64,000 nt of DNA. Origin: Octopus sinensis. Taxonomy: Eukaryota. Both the position numbers and the translations under genes were made by a program. The stretch covers positions 71,424,001 through 71,488,000 of the forward strand of contig NC_043003.1 in assembly GCF_006345805.1 (NCBI RefSeq), given 5' to 3'. The notes under the pieces are model-generated. The model was not told where the DNA came from. It did not search any database and worked only from the letters and a program-made list of their open reading frames with translations. This document shows, in pieces, positions 24,741 through 37,296 of the stretch (the stretch's first letter is position 1; every line of letters starts with the position of its first letter).

Positions 24741-24897
24741 CTGGGGTGGTTGAATATGCAAATAGGAAATCAGCTTCAGTTGGAACTGTTCTCATAATGA
24801 CATCAGCTGAAGCTACAGCATCTACACTATCGTCTTCAGTGAAAGAAGAACCATCAACTACTTCTACACCATCATCCATTTTGGTTCCTCGACATGC
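24741..24897 (-). CDS. Caspase exon with catalytic Cys (ACRG), intersubunit linker and p10 start (not in ORF track)
   Basis: Manual translation ACRGTKMDDGVEVVDGSSFTEDDSVDAVASADVIMRTVPTEADFLFAYSTTP+G. TTTCTAG acceptor, GTAAAT donor. Completes QACRG with the previous exon. Confidence 0.97.
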
Positions 24898-25184
24898 CTA
24901 GAAACAATGAAATAGAAAGTGAAAGTAAATACCAACATCTGTTTGATCTGTGCTAATGAGAAATTAGTCAATAAAGACAAGAGGGATTCAATGTTTCTTA
25001 AAGCTACACAAAGCTGAGGTTGGGGATGATATTATTAAGTTGTCCTTGGCAAGGATGTAACAATATGAGGTGGTGTCAAAACGTTCCTGGACTAATTCTG
25101 TAATGCACCAACAGATGGCAGCACACTGTTGTATGCACAGTGAAAGCTAGCAGTGACCTTTATGAGGCAGTGTGTTGAGTGACA

Positions 25185-25495
25185 TTGCTGTGTTTACTTA
25201 TTCTATCAGTATCTTTTGTTGAACTGCTAAGTTACAGGGATGTAAACACACCAACATTGATTGTCAAGGGATGGTGGGGGGACAAATACAGACACTCACA
25301 CAAACATATATATATATATATATATACATATATACGACGGGCTTCTTTCAGTTTCCATCTACCAAATCCACTCACAAGGCTTTGATCAGCCTGAGGCTAT
25401 AGAAGAAGATACTTGCCCAAGGTGCCATGCAGTGGGACTGAAACCAGAACCATGTGGTTGGGAAGTAAGCTACTTACCACACAGCCCACTCCTGG
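25185..25495 (-). mobile_element. tRNA-derived SINE
   Basis: Same family motifs. Confidence 0.8.
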
Positions 25496-25719
25496 GCTTC
25501 ACAAATTTAAATATTCATTACATTCACTGTGGAGTATCCCATTTTCATTTGCAAAGTCTCTCACTTTCTCTTTCAATGTTTCCATTTCAAGTTTTAATTC
25601 ACTATTTGGAAACCAACAGTTTATTGTATTAATGTATACGTAATGTAAAAATATTACTGATTGAATGAACACTTTTTAAAATACCCAAATAATTTTTGTA
25701 AAAAGGTTTAAAAGTGATT

Positions 25720-26520
25720 TTGTTGTTATGGTTGTTTGGAATGCTATAAGCCTTACAATAATAACTATCTGGACCGATTTTGGCCATTTCTTTTTTAACT
25801 TAAAAACCATGGGAGGATCCTTTTTGGTAAAAAAAAGCAAAACAGATAGTAAATATTTTCAGAGGAAAGGTAAACAATTCAAGGGAGGTTTCGCTGTTGT
25901 TTCTAGTACAACCCAAACAACTCTCCCTTTTCACTCTCACATGTATTGACGTTTTTTTCAATAGTTTTTCTCCTATTCGCACATTTTATGGAATGATGAA
26001 GCTGAAGTAACACATGCATGGTCCATTGGTGGATTATAGGCAACAAAATAAATTGTAATCTAAATTTTTACCCCACCTCAATCAAGCGAAGCCATGTGTG
26101 TGTGTAAGAAAAATCATTTTCTGACCAAAGTATGCTATTAAAAGGAATTATCATTTGCATAACTTTCTTAAAATCACTGAGGATAAATGCCAGCAATGAC
26201 CTTCTCAGGCTCTCTAATATATTAATTTCTAAACAGGAACAATCAGGGGCAGGGAGTGGGGTTGCAAAAAATTCATAATTTCTCAAATTTTCTTTTTTAT
26301 AGCATATAAATGTATTTATGAGGAAAAAGCATTTTAAAACATCAATACATGCAAGAGTATTAGGAGGGTCGTCTTTAGATGTGCTAGAAACAACAGCCAA
26401 ATCGCCCTTAAATCATTCACTTTTACCTCTGGAAATATTAACAATTTTTTTTTTTTAATCGAAAATGCTCTTATGGTTTTGAAGTGCCATAAAAATTGGC
26501 CAAAATAGGTTCAGAGTGGG
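25720..26520. mobile_element. MITE/fold-back-like element with long imperfect inverted repeats
   Basis: 25850-25912 is the reverse complement of 26380-26440, with further matches at 25725-25795 vs 26465-26515. Confidence 0.5.
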
Positions 26521-27178
26521 TTGATGAGGGAGTAGGGTGTCAGAAAAAATTGTTTTCAAAGCATTTTTTCATACGAAGATGCCCCCCCCCACCCCAACCC
26601 CCATCATTTCGAAGGTTGAGATTTAAAAAAAAGTGCATGTAATAAATAGATACCTTGTGTATATAGTATATATACTATCTTATACTACAAAGCACGAATA
26701 TGTATGTAGATTGTTATTATAATATTAGATAAATATAGTGCCTAACCTCTCTTCTTCCAATGATATTTTCAAGAAAGCAGCCCCCCACCTACTATGATAA
26801 ATGATGGCATTATGTTGCTGAAGTTGCTTTTGTTTATTTAACTCCATCTTAACACTGACTGAGCAAACATATTTAAGTGTAATAAATGTTATGCCACAAG
26901 AAAGAAAAGGTTTTGTCTGAAATATTAGACATCTTTTATTAAATTATGGCATCACATTTATTCCATTGTTTGAATTCACAAACCATTTCTAGTTTCTTGA
27001 GATTCTATTACTGATGAAAGATATTCCAGCTGTGAATACTGACTCTTATTTCATCCATATGTTATATAAGACTGCATTACCCATTGCTGATTTTCTGCTG
27101 ATTCTAGCTGGTTGACCATCCATGTACAGGCTCCCTTATTGGCATATTTATTTCATTTTCTATTTTGCACTTTATGAA

Positions 27179-27475
27179 CAACAGCATCATTAGAGTTTTC
27201 AACTGTTCAATCATTTCCTTACTGTATTTTTGTTAGTGAGAGTGGTAAGGGAGAGTTTGTAATTTGGTAAAGAACAAATTTCACAATAGGCTTTGTGCAA
27301 AAGTAACAGCTTTTGGTTTTCTAGCCAACAGCATCATTAGAGTTTTCAACTGTTCAATCATTTCATTACTGTATTTTTGATAGTGAGAGTGGTAAGGGAG
27401 TGTTTGTAATTTGGTACAGAACAAATTTCACAATAGGCTTTGTGTAAAAGTAACAGCTTTTGGTTTTCTAGCCAA
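27179..27475. repeat. Direct tandem duplication, 2 x 147 bp
   Basis: CAACAGCATCATTAGAG starts at 27179 and 27326, and the copies are nearly identical. Confidence 0.9.
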
Positions 27476-28029
27476 TATTTATGTATTTTACTGATGTATA
27501 CTGGTAGAACACACACACACTCATGCATTCATGCACAGCCACTGCTGCTGCCATCATCATCCTCATCCTCATCATTATAATCATCATTAGTTTTCATATC
27601 CGGTTGCATGACAAACTTTTCATCTTTCAGTTTTCATCTGCCAAATTTTGATCATAAGACACTGATCAGTTTAAGACTGCTAATGATGTGCAGTGGATTG
27701 AACTCAGAAACATGGTTATGATCATGTCTGTGTCCATGTTGATTTTAATAGTTATTATTGGTTAGCCTTAGGTAAGGCCCAATCAAACAGACCAAATGCA
27801 TTTCAGCTGTGACCATCTATCCTTTATTCAGACAATATTCCAACAAGCATGGAAAATAGATGGTAAATGGTGATAATGGATCAAAAACTACATGAAATGA
27901 GTCCTGCTATTTTGAATATAGCAGTGCACTGATTTGAAGGAGATTTAACTGCAATTTTAAGCAGAATGAACAAACAGCTCCTATTTCTAATAACAGTAAA
28001 AATATAAGTTATGTAGGTGTAATACTTAC

Positions 28030-28205
28030 TTGAATAAAAAATAACTTTGGTTTTCCAACCAAACTGGGAGCTCTATCTCCTTTGAAAGGGAGTACCAGAA
28101 TATTAAGTGGTACAGACCCATCTGTGGCATAAACAGCTCCTTCTCTACCATGTGAAAGAATGGCTACTCCAAAACAGTCAACATCTGAATGGTCCTTGCT
28201 GGCCA
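28030..28205 (-). CDS. Caspase exon with catalytic His (SHG)
   Basis: TG + [29 protein letters not shown]...[11 protein letters not shown]. Poly-T/CAAG acceptor, GTAAGT donor at 28029, 176 nt. Confidence 0.97.
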
Positions 28206-28910
28206 CTTGAAAAAAAAAAATTGTAAAATATATTTAAGTATACATTATATATATAAATATCATAAACATTTTTTTTAAGGATATCTTGATATTTCATGAT
28301 TTTATTTTCATAATGCAATTTCAAGATCAGGAATGTTATTTCTACTACCAAAATTGTGGTTTTGTCTTAGAAATGAATTCTATAATCAATAGAATCTTAA
28401 GAGCACCACTAGATGTAAATTTCACTTTACCAGGTTAGCTTGGATGCTTTCTCTAGAGCTAGTTTTGAATATAGTATTGACAGCCTAGTTAATTTCACCA
28501 CTATACTTTGACTGCAGTCTCTGGTGGGGTGGCTACGTTGTTAGGCTGAGTTTGGTTTAAGTGTTTTCACTACAGACAATGCAGCAAGGGAAACAGGAAG
28601 GGAAATGAATTACTGATTATTTCATTTGGCTCCTCAGCATCTCAACAGTACAGTTTAATGGATGAGAACACTACATTATGATTGATTAAGGGGCAGTGTA
28701 GTCAATTCAACATCGATATTAGATTGGTATTTATTTCATAAAACTGGGTTGGATGCAAGATAAGGTTAGCTACAAGATTTGGATTCAAAAAGCAAAGATG
28801 TATGACTAAATACTATGACTGAATACTGTAAGACATTCAGTTTAACACTACCATTGCTGCTACTCTGTATGTTATTCTAAAGATATTAATGTTCCAAACA
28901 GACAATTTGG

Positions 28911-29324
28911 ATCTTTTCGGTTTGAATGGCAGTTTTTTCTAGCGGTGTCATATGAATTTGTCACCCATAATTATGATCCTAGTATTGATCTATTGCATTT
29001 CAATCTGTTTTAGGGTTAGGGTTAGGGGTGGGGGGAAGGGTATCTTTTTTTCTTCACAAATATAAATAAACCCAATCTGTTTCTTAAATGAGGGACATAT
29101 TCATACGGCACAGAATGTTTTTTTACCTCAATAGTGTCAGTGATTGGTTGAAATTGCAGAAATTGAAGAAAAAAAACAACAAATATCTTACAAATAATAT
29201 AATTTTCTCAATAAAGCCAAGAGAAAAAGATGTTTTATAAACACATTCTACCAGCATACGAAGTTTAAAAGTGTTTAGTTATGTGGAAATTATTTTAAAA
29301 AACTGCCATTCAAACCGAAAAGAT
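28911..29324. mobile_element. MITE with 28-bp TIRs
   Basis: ATCTTTTCGGTTTGAATGGCAGTTTTTT at 28911-28938 and its exact reverse complement at 29297-29324. Confidence 0.85.
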
Positions 29325-29622
29325 TTGGCAATTTATATTTGTTAAATTATATTTCAACTTTCCTCCACACTGATCATGACTAACTTTGTTAATATGTATC
29401 ACAGCAGTGATCCAACTAGATAGTTTTTACTAATACAAAATCTTTGAAACTACTGAACCATAATGGCAGTTCTACAGAGCCATTAATCCTTATGTCAGCT
29501 ATTAACCACTTTTAAAAGTGAAGCAATAAGAAATAAGTAGAAGCTAAATTCTTATCTGACAAATCCTGTTATTCTGAATAAAAGATATGCTTCAAACATA
29601 CATAAAATACATAAGTCTAAAC

Positions 29623-29947
29623 AATAGGTTCTCAAAATGGACGCCCCCCCCCCCGGTGGGTGTCGAGACAGTTCAGGTGGGTGCTGGTCATAAGGGGGGG
29701 GCGGTAGAGAAAAGGGAGGCGTTAGGAGGAAGGCAGTGGATTGGGAGATGCTATGAATTTATTATAATATTATTATAGTATTGTATACAAATTATATAAT
29801 ATAATATTAAATATCAAATGATTCATAGTATATATAAATTAGTAAAACATGAAATATTTATTTATACATAAAAATAGGGGTGGTGGCGCTGAGGGTATTA
29901 TGTGGCCATGAGGAGGAGTGGTGGCCCAAAATGTTAGAGAACCTCTG
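29623..29947. mobile_element. hAT (Charlie-like) MITE
   Basis: Ends AATAGGTTCTC / GAGAACCTCTG, with 8-bp TSD GTCTAAAC at 29615-29622 and 29948-29955. Confidence 0.85.
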
Positions 29948-30049
29948 GTCTAAACAAACACACACACACATGCATGTGTTTGTATGTATTTATACATATA
30001 TATTTGTATGTATGTATGTATGTATGTATGTGTGTATACATATATATCT

Positions 30050-30446
30050 TTTCATCTTTTACTAGTTTCAATCATTAAACTGACGTTTTGCTGAGGCATC
30101 AGCTTGAAAAATTTTAGAACAAATTGACCCGAGTACTTATTTATTATTATGCCTGGTACTTATTCTATCAGTCTCTTTTGGTGAACCACTAATTTATGGG
30201 GATGTAAACACACCAACACTGGTTGTCAAGTGGGGTGGGGGTGGGGGAAACAAATACTGACACAAAGACACACACACAAATGGGCATCTTCCAGTTTTTG
30301 CCTATGAAATCCACTCACAAGGCTTTAGTCGGCCCAAGGCAATAGTGGAAGACACAAACCCAAGGTGCAATGCAATGTAGTAGGTCTGAATCCAGAGCCA
30401 TATGGTTGGGAAGCAAACTTCTTACCATACAGTCACACTTGTGCCT
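30050..30446 (-). mobile_element. tRNA-derived SINE (diverged)
   Basis: Same family motifs. Confidence 0.8.
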
Positions 30447-30452
30447 ATATAT

Positions 30453-30491
<39 letters not shown>

Positions 30492-30590
30492 CACCAGAAT
30501 AAGCACATAAATGTGAAACAAGGTGGAAAAATAGTACTCAAATACCAGAGGTAGAGTAATATGCTTTTTAATAAAGTATATATATATATT

Positions 30591-33500
30591 CGTCATGAAC
30601 CCCAAGTCTTTCACAAAAATACAAAAATACGTTGGAATTTAATCATGTATAACAACAACAACAATGCAAACAACAATAACTGCAGCAACAACAACAACAA
30701 CACAAGCATTAATGACTGCCACAGCAACAACAACAACAACCGTAGCAACAACAACAATACGAACAGCAGCAACAATAGCAAAAAACAAACACATGAACAC
30801 AAGCAACAGATACAAATACAAAAACAGAGAAAAAATCGAATACAACAACAACAACAATAACAGGAGGAATAGACACAGAGACACACACAGATGACCGTAG
30901 GCACAAGGACACGAATAAAAGTAGGGTCATGGGGGAGAGTAAAGTTGAATGCTACAGAATTCTTGGACAGGGTTCAGTAGACTTGAACCAGAAAACACTG
31001 CTGCAACCACAACAGGAAGAACCGTAGGGACCAACTGGCAGACATAACAAGCAACACTAATGCCAACAACACATACACCGACACCAGGTACATAGCGATA
31101 ATCAGAGAGATAGTAATAGTGGTAGTCGTAGTAGCAGTAGTAGTGGTGGTGATGGTGGTTGGGTTGATGATGGTTGCAGTAGTGGTAGTGAGGAAGATAA
31201 CCCTAGAAGGGCCAACAATATGAATACCCACCCCCTTGACACATATGTGACAAATCTTACAGCATGAGTTGCATTTACCCGACAATACTACCCTTTAACA
31301 AAAGGGTCTGCATCCCTAGACATACTAGTGACCGCATGGAAGTACAATTCACTATAGCTAGGACCAAACTTAGACAGATTTTAGAACTATACACTAAGAG
31401 ACAGAATAAGACAGAGGCCCAACAACTCGGGAATATACTCGCATGTAGCCTGGTGGTATGCTTCCCCACAGATAAGTCTGGCAGGATGTCGATAGACAGC
31501 TTGCCGAACTACATCCAGGCAATGCAACCTCACATCGCCAATATGAAAGTAACAACTTCACAGGCACATGAGGAGAGAGAAAAGGTCCTCAATGCCCACA
31601 TGATGAAATGGACAATTGTTCTTTGACCTCAGAAACACACAGCCAACAATTTCCAAGCCTGGAACAATAATATCTCGATGCTGTATAGACTCCGCAAGGA
31701 CCACAAAATAACCACTGATCCAGCGGTGGGACCACGAACAAGACCAGTCTACAGAGTGAATATCGCTAGCAACTACAGCATCTCCTACTTCCTCTCAATA
31801 ATCATACACCCCATAATCCAGATGTCATCTAATGTTTGTGAGAGAACGGAAGATCTCCCCAACAAGATCAACAACTGTAACAAGACCTGCAACCTAGCAG
31901 GATGTATAGTGGGTATATTCCTATACCAGATGTAGATTTTGTGGTGAAGTGCATGGAAATGATCAGCGAGGGTGAAGTGGAGTTCCGCAAAGTCAACACA
32001 GAGGAACTGGGACTCCTACTTAGACTGACATATGACAATGAATATCTAGACAAACATGACCTTAGAAGTTTCTGCCCCAGTAGACGTTTAAGAGGTAGAC
32101 CACCCACAATTACATCTATGGCTAAGAAGACCCCTGTAGAGAGATGGAGCAGATGGACCAGAGCCATACAGACCCACCCACCCAAAACGAATATCAAGTA
32201 AAAAAAAATGATCACACATGCGCAAGGAGCTAGTATAAGAGTTACTCTCAAAGGCCACACGTTTAAGTTTAACAACAAAATATATGCCCCGGATGAGGGG
32301 GCAGCCATCAGGGTTAGTATCGCCGGTGATGTGTCCAACCTTTTAATGGTATGGTGGGACAGGAGGCTTAAAGAACACCTGACGCAGAACTCCATACTCA
32401 TGAACATGTACTCTCACTATGTCAATGATATCAACATAGTGGTAAAGGCTACCCCACTAGAAAGTACTCTTGAAATAGAAACTATACAATGGAAAGCATC
32501 CAGCAAATAGCTAACTCCACCCAGCAGAGTATTAAGGTCATGATAGACTACCCTACAAAACACACTAACCATAGACTACCAGTACTAGATATAGAACTCT
32601 GGCTGGAAACTGTGAATAATAAAACTCAAATCCTTCATTCACACTATGCCAAACCTATGGCCTCCAAATACCTGATCCACCGGAACTAAGCTATCATGGA
32701 CAATGCCAAATTCAATATATTGATGGCAGACCTCATCAGAGTAATGAGAAATGTGTCCTGCATGTGTGACCCTACAGAGTTAAAGAGACACATACAACTT
32801 TGTTCACCGCATGCAGTTCTCAGCAGACAGCCATAGAGAAAGGATCAGAGTATACAAAGGAACCATGAGGAAATTTGAAACTATTGTATGTAATGATAGG
32901 AATGGGATTTGCCCACTCTATAGGAGCAAGTTGTGGAAAACTATTAAAAGGACTAAGAAGAAAAGAGGGAAGACCAACTCATGGTATGATAGCCACAAAT
33001 ACCAGAGTGTCATGTTCATTGACACCACCCCTAGAGGCAAACTGGCATACCACTTTAGAAGGGCCCTAGACAAACTTAAACTAAGAATTAAGGTTGTAGA
33101 AAAGCCAGGCAACCCTATCAAATCCCTAATCAGTAGAACCTACCCTTTTAGAAGAACCCCTTGTACTGATAGGAACTGTATTCAATGTAGATTTAGCCCA
33201 CAAACTGTAAAGCTAGGAATGTAGTCTATAGTATAAGATATACAGAGGGACAGTGCAGTAACAAGACAATGATGTATGTAGGGGAGACAGCACGGCGCAT
33301 AGGGGAGTGGGTAAATGAATATTAGAGAGAACTTAAGGAAGAGAAGAGCTCATCTGTTTTGTACCAGCATGCCGAGCAGGAACACGGGGTGGGGGGAGGG
33401 GCTCACTTAACAACACAGAAGGTAAAATCTTGTCCACAGATAGAACAGACACAATGCTTAGACAAATTACGGAAGCTATACACACAACAGAAAATAAACC

Positions 33501-33981
33501 TAGCCTGAATAGGTAACTAGAATGGAACACTAGCACACACACCCCCAACACACCACAACCTATGTCAGAATAAGATCCCCATAAACTGATAATAATATGA
33601 GTATAATACAATAAACAGATAAACAAAGGGAATTAAATAACTATATACATTAACAAAGTAAATTAAATTAAATACAAAAAATAGAAAGAAAAGAAAATGT
33701 AAGTAGATATAAACAAATGAATAAAATAAATAAAAGTAAATTAAATGAACATGTATAAACAGGAGATACTGATAATGCAGACACACTCCTCACACACACA
33801 CTAAACATAGACACACACAGAAAGCAAGAAAGCAAAGGACCACTGATGAGGTCACGGAAGTGTGACAAAAGAACTCTGGCCGAAATACAATCAATATAAA
33901 ATAAAGCTGAAGCAAGTGAACACCAAATATATAGTTTGTGTGTTTTTATTGGCTAAACTGGCAACATGACGATCCCCAAGC

Positions 33982-33989
<8 letters not shown>
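30591..33989 (+). mobile_element. Degenerate Penelope-like retroelement (RT + C-terminal GIY-YIG + 3' pLTR)
   Basis: Frameshifted motifs LY...PIPDVD, FKFNNKIY...GAAI...AGDVSNLLM.WWD, HYVNDINI, RLPVLDIELW, HYAKPMAS, RNVVYSIR...MYVGETARR. (TA)n at both ends. Confidence 0.85.
33837..33881 (+). ncRNA. Type I hammerhead in PLE pLTR, G12A (probably inactive)
   Basis: GGACCA-CTGATGA-G-GTCAC/GGAAGT/GTGAC-AAAA-GAAC-T-C-TGGCC. Confidence 0.6.
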
Positions 33990-34024
<35 letters not shown>

Positions 34025-34382
34025 GGTGGCACGTAAAAGACACCCACTACACTCGCGGAGTGGTTGGCGTTAGGAAGGGCATCCAGCCGTAGAAACACTG
34101 CCAGATCTGACTGGGCCTGACGAAGCCTTCCAGCTTCACGGACCCCAGTTGACCCGTCCAACCCATGCTAGCATGGAAAGCGGACGCTAAATGATGATGA
34201 TGATGATGATGATGATATATAGGCACAGGCATGGCTGTGTAGTAAGAAGCTTGCTTCTCAACCACATGCTTCTGAGTTCAGTCTCATTGTGTGGCACCTT
34301 AAGCAAGTGTCTTCTATTACAGCCTCGGGCTGATCAAAGCCTTGTGAGAGGATTTGACAAATGGAAACTGAAAGAAACCCAT

Positions 34383-34432
<50 letters not shown>

Positions 34433-34516
34433 TAAACAGTAAAATTAATTACAGACATGGACAAGAACATGAAACACCACAGAGACGACACAAGAACCAC
34501 AGGACGGGACATTCGA

Positions 34517-34583
34517 AGCCCTCAGTCATCAGTCAAGAACCAGATCATCTTAGCAATTTCGGCTGATTAATCTTGAGATTGCT
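34517..34583 (-). ncRNA. Permuted (pseudoknotted) hammerhead-like motif, copy 1
   Basis: AGCAA-T-C-TCAAGA-10nt-GAAA-TTGCT-13nt-TCTTGA-CTGATGA. Stems I and III are perfect 6 bp. Confidence 0.6.
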
Positions 34584-35294
34584 CCGATATGGCCAGCCCG
34601 CCAAGGGAAATCTAAGCCAAGCGCATTAGATCCCCTGGAAGAAAGCTTCGAATGTATACAACGAAAGGACGGAAAACGATCGAAGTACACAAACAAAAAT
34701 ACAGAATACGTGACAACAATAAGAATACAAAAACGTAAAAACAATAACGGTAAAAATAAAAAATAAACAACAAAACAAAACCAGGACGTAGGACAAGGGT
34801 CTTTCGACAGGACGATTTGAGAATGGGGCTGGCTTGTGAAGTTGTGCCTAAAGGCCACGGGGAGACGAACAAATACGTGTTGCTTCTGAGGCTGCTGAAA
34901 ACGAAAAGAGCGCTCAACAGCGGCTAGCTGTCACGTGAGAACAAAAGACAGGAGAAAGGGACAGATGAAAAGGGAGAGAAGGTGGACGAGGGAGGAGAAG
35001 AAAGAGACAGATCGAGGGGGCTGGAGGTGAGAGAGATAGAGAAACGTAGAAAGGGGGGGGGCGGATGGAGAGGGAAAGAAAGGGAGTGGAATAAGGGAGG
35101 AGAGAGAGAGAGAGAAAAAGAGACAGATTAAGAGTCGTATCAAAGCTTGAGAAAAAAATATACTTATCGTATAAGGACAATAGTGGATACGTAGCCGCCG
35201 ATTATATAGGTAAACAGTAAAATTAATTACAGACATGGACAAGAACATGAAACACCACAGAGACGACACAAGAACCACAGGACGGGACATTCGA

Positions 35295-35361
35295 AGCCCT
35301 CAGTCATCAGTCAAGAACCAGATCATCTTAGCAATTTCGGCTGATTAATCTTGAGATTGCT
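35295..35361 (-). ncRNA. Permuted hammerhead-like motif, copy 2
   Basis: Identical to 34517-34583. Confidence 0.6.
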
Positions 35362-35735
35362 CCGATATGGCCAGCCCGCCAAGGGAAATCTAAGCCAAGC
35401 GCATTAGATCCCCTGGAAGAAAGCTTCGAATGTATACAACGAAAGGACGGAAAACGATCGAAGTACACAAACAAAAATACAGAATACGTGACAACAATAA
35501 GAATACAAAAACGTAAAAACAATAACGGTAAAAATAAAAAATAAACAACAAAACAAAACCAGGACGTAGGACAAGGGTCTTTCGACAGGACGATTTGAGA
35601 ATGGGGCTGGCTTGTGAAGTTGTGCCTAAAGGCCACGGGGAGACGAACAAATACGTGTTGCTTCTGAGGCTGCTGAAAACGAATATCTATCTATCTATAT
35701 ATCTATATCTATCTATCTATATATCTATATCTATC

Positions 35736-35767
<32 letters not shown>

Positions 35768-36239
35768 GATATATATACATATATTTATGTGTGTATGTGT
35801 GTTGTTCCTGTAACTTAGTGGTTTGGCAAAGGGGGCTGATAGAATAAGTACTAGGCTTACAAAGAATAAGTCCAGGTGTTGATTTCTTCAACTAAAATCC
35901 TTTTAAGGTGGTGCTCCAGCATGGCAGCAGTCAAATGACTGAAACAAGTAAAAGAATATAAATATATATAGTAAGAGAGAGAAAGAGGTAAGATGAAAAA
36001 CCATAGAAGATTTGTTTTACAAGATTTAAGGGTATATTAGAGCCATAATAAAGATATACAATTCTGTACAAAATAAGGTTTTGTTCTTTCAACATAATTG
36101 AAGTAAGGACCAGTTTTGCATTACTCATCACACTGAGAGTTGAAAGAGATAAACAGCTAGGGAAAAAAATTATTGCTAGGGGAGATAACTGTTCACTCAT
36201 TTATTTTGCAGTAAAGTGTAGGTAAATCTGTAATTTCTA

Positions 36240-37030
36240 TTTTTTTTTTGTGTTCTTTGCTTTATTCTGGCTAACCTCTTCCATTAGATGGGATAAGTCC
36301 TTTATTTTTAATATGGTTTCATATTTAATTCTGGTTTATATTTTTGGATAAATGAGGCTTCTTTAATCAGTCTTACTTGTGTTGAAGTCCAGAAAGCAAG
36401 TTGATAAAATGGGAAAATTTAAAATTGTGGTTGTAATTGTTCTGCACATTCATCAATGTGTTGACTGAGGTATATTTGGCGGCATTGTGGGAAGATATTT
36501 GTTGTCTGTGGATCATACAACTTTATCGAATCAAATTTCTTGTTGACCCAATATAATTTTGATGGCAACCCGAGCATCTAATTACATAAATGAGGTTTTG
36601 GGAGGCGCGAGTGAACTTAGATTTGATCTTGAGTATTTGTCCTTCTCAGAAATGGAATTCCAATCCTTCCAACAGATTGGAATGTGTTCCGCACTTTATG
36701 ACACTTGCGTCTGTTTTTCTAAAGAATAGTTTAGCATTGGTGAGCATTTTCATCAATGTTTTAGGCTGTTTGCTGCTCTCAATGATTTTATGGTTACATA
36801 GAATCCTCCTAAGTTTGGGGTCCCTATGGAGTATCGAAAGATTTTGGATGATGATATTGAATGTTTCTTTGTTTCTGGGGTTGAATGCAAAGATGTGTTG
36901 TTGTGTTTGGCCTTTCTTAATGTTTTAATATTAATCGATTTTGCACGTTTTATGACTTGAGTTGGGTAGTTCATGTCCTGGAGTACATTTTTAAGCTCTT
37001 GCAATCTTAGTTCTCTGGTATTCTTTTCAG
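36240..37030 (-). mobile_element. Second PLE remnant (RT thumb + GIY-YIG)
   Basis: LQELKNVLQDMNYP and IYVIRCSGCHQNYIGSTR (about 36595-36530). Confidence 0.75.
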
Positions 37031-37296
37031 ATACTATTTCCCTAGCAATTTATCACCTTTCAACTCTCAGTGTGATGAGCAATGTGAAAACCAGTCCTTA
37101 CTTTAATTATGTTGAAAGAATTCAACCTTATTTTGTACAAAATTGTATAATATCTTTATTATCAAGGTTCTAATATACTCTTAAGTCCTGTAAAACAAAT
37201 CTTCTATGTTTTTTCATCTTATCTGTTTCTCTACTAGTATATCTACCATGTGTGTTTCCCCACTAAAATATTTTCTACCATATAAATATATATATA

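Larger units (their letters stand above)
34426..35682 (-). mobile_element. Repeat family A: 778-bp head-to-tail unit, ~1.6 identical copies
   Basis: Identical ORF-track peptides offset by exactly 778 nt. Bounded by (TA)n and (TATC)n. Confidence 0.9.
34219..35955 (+). mobile_element. tRNA-derived SINE split by an insertion in its central (TA)n tract
   Basis: 5' half at 34219-34390, 3' half at 35790-35955. Confidence 0.65.

Noticed and set aside
29010-29027. (TTAGGG)3
   Set aside because: Only three units inside a TIR-bounded MITE; not an interstitial telomere array.
30561-31285. Asn/Thr-rich ORFs
   Set aside because: They come from (CAA)n and (GTA/GTG)n low-complexity sequence at the 5' part of the PLE.
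33150-33330. Selenocysteine recoding as reported for some Naiad PLEs
   Set aside because: The Cys positions I could read are TGT/TGC (one TAT), with no in-frame TGA at Cys sites.
34875-34920. Possible plus-strand hammerhead (GAAAAGAGCGCTCAACA) in the 778-bp unit
   Set aside because: The core would be CTTCTGA and stem II cannot form.
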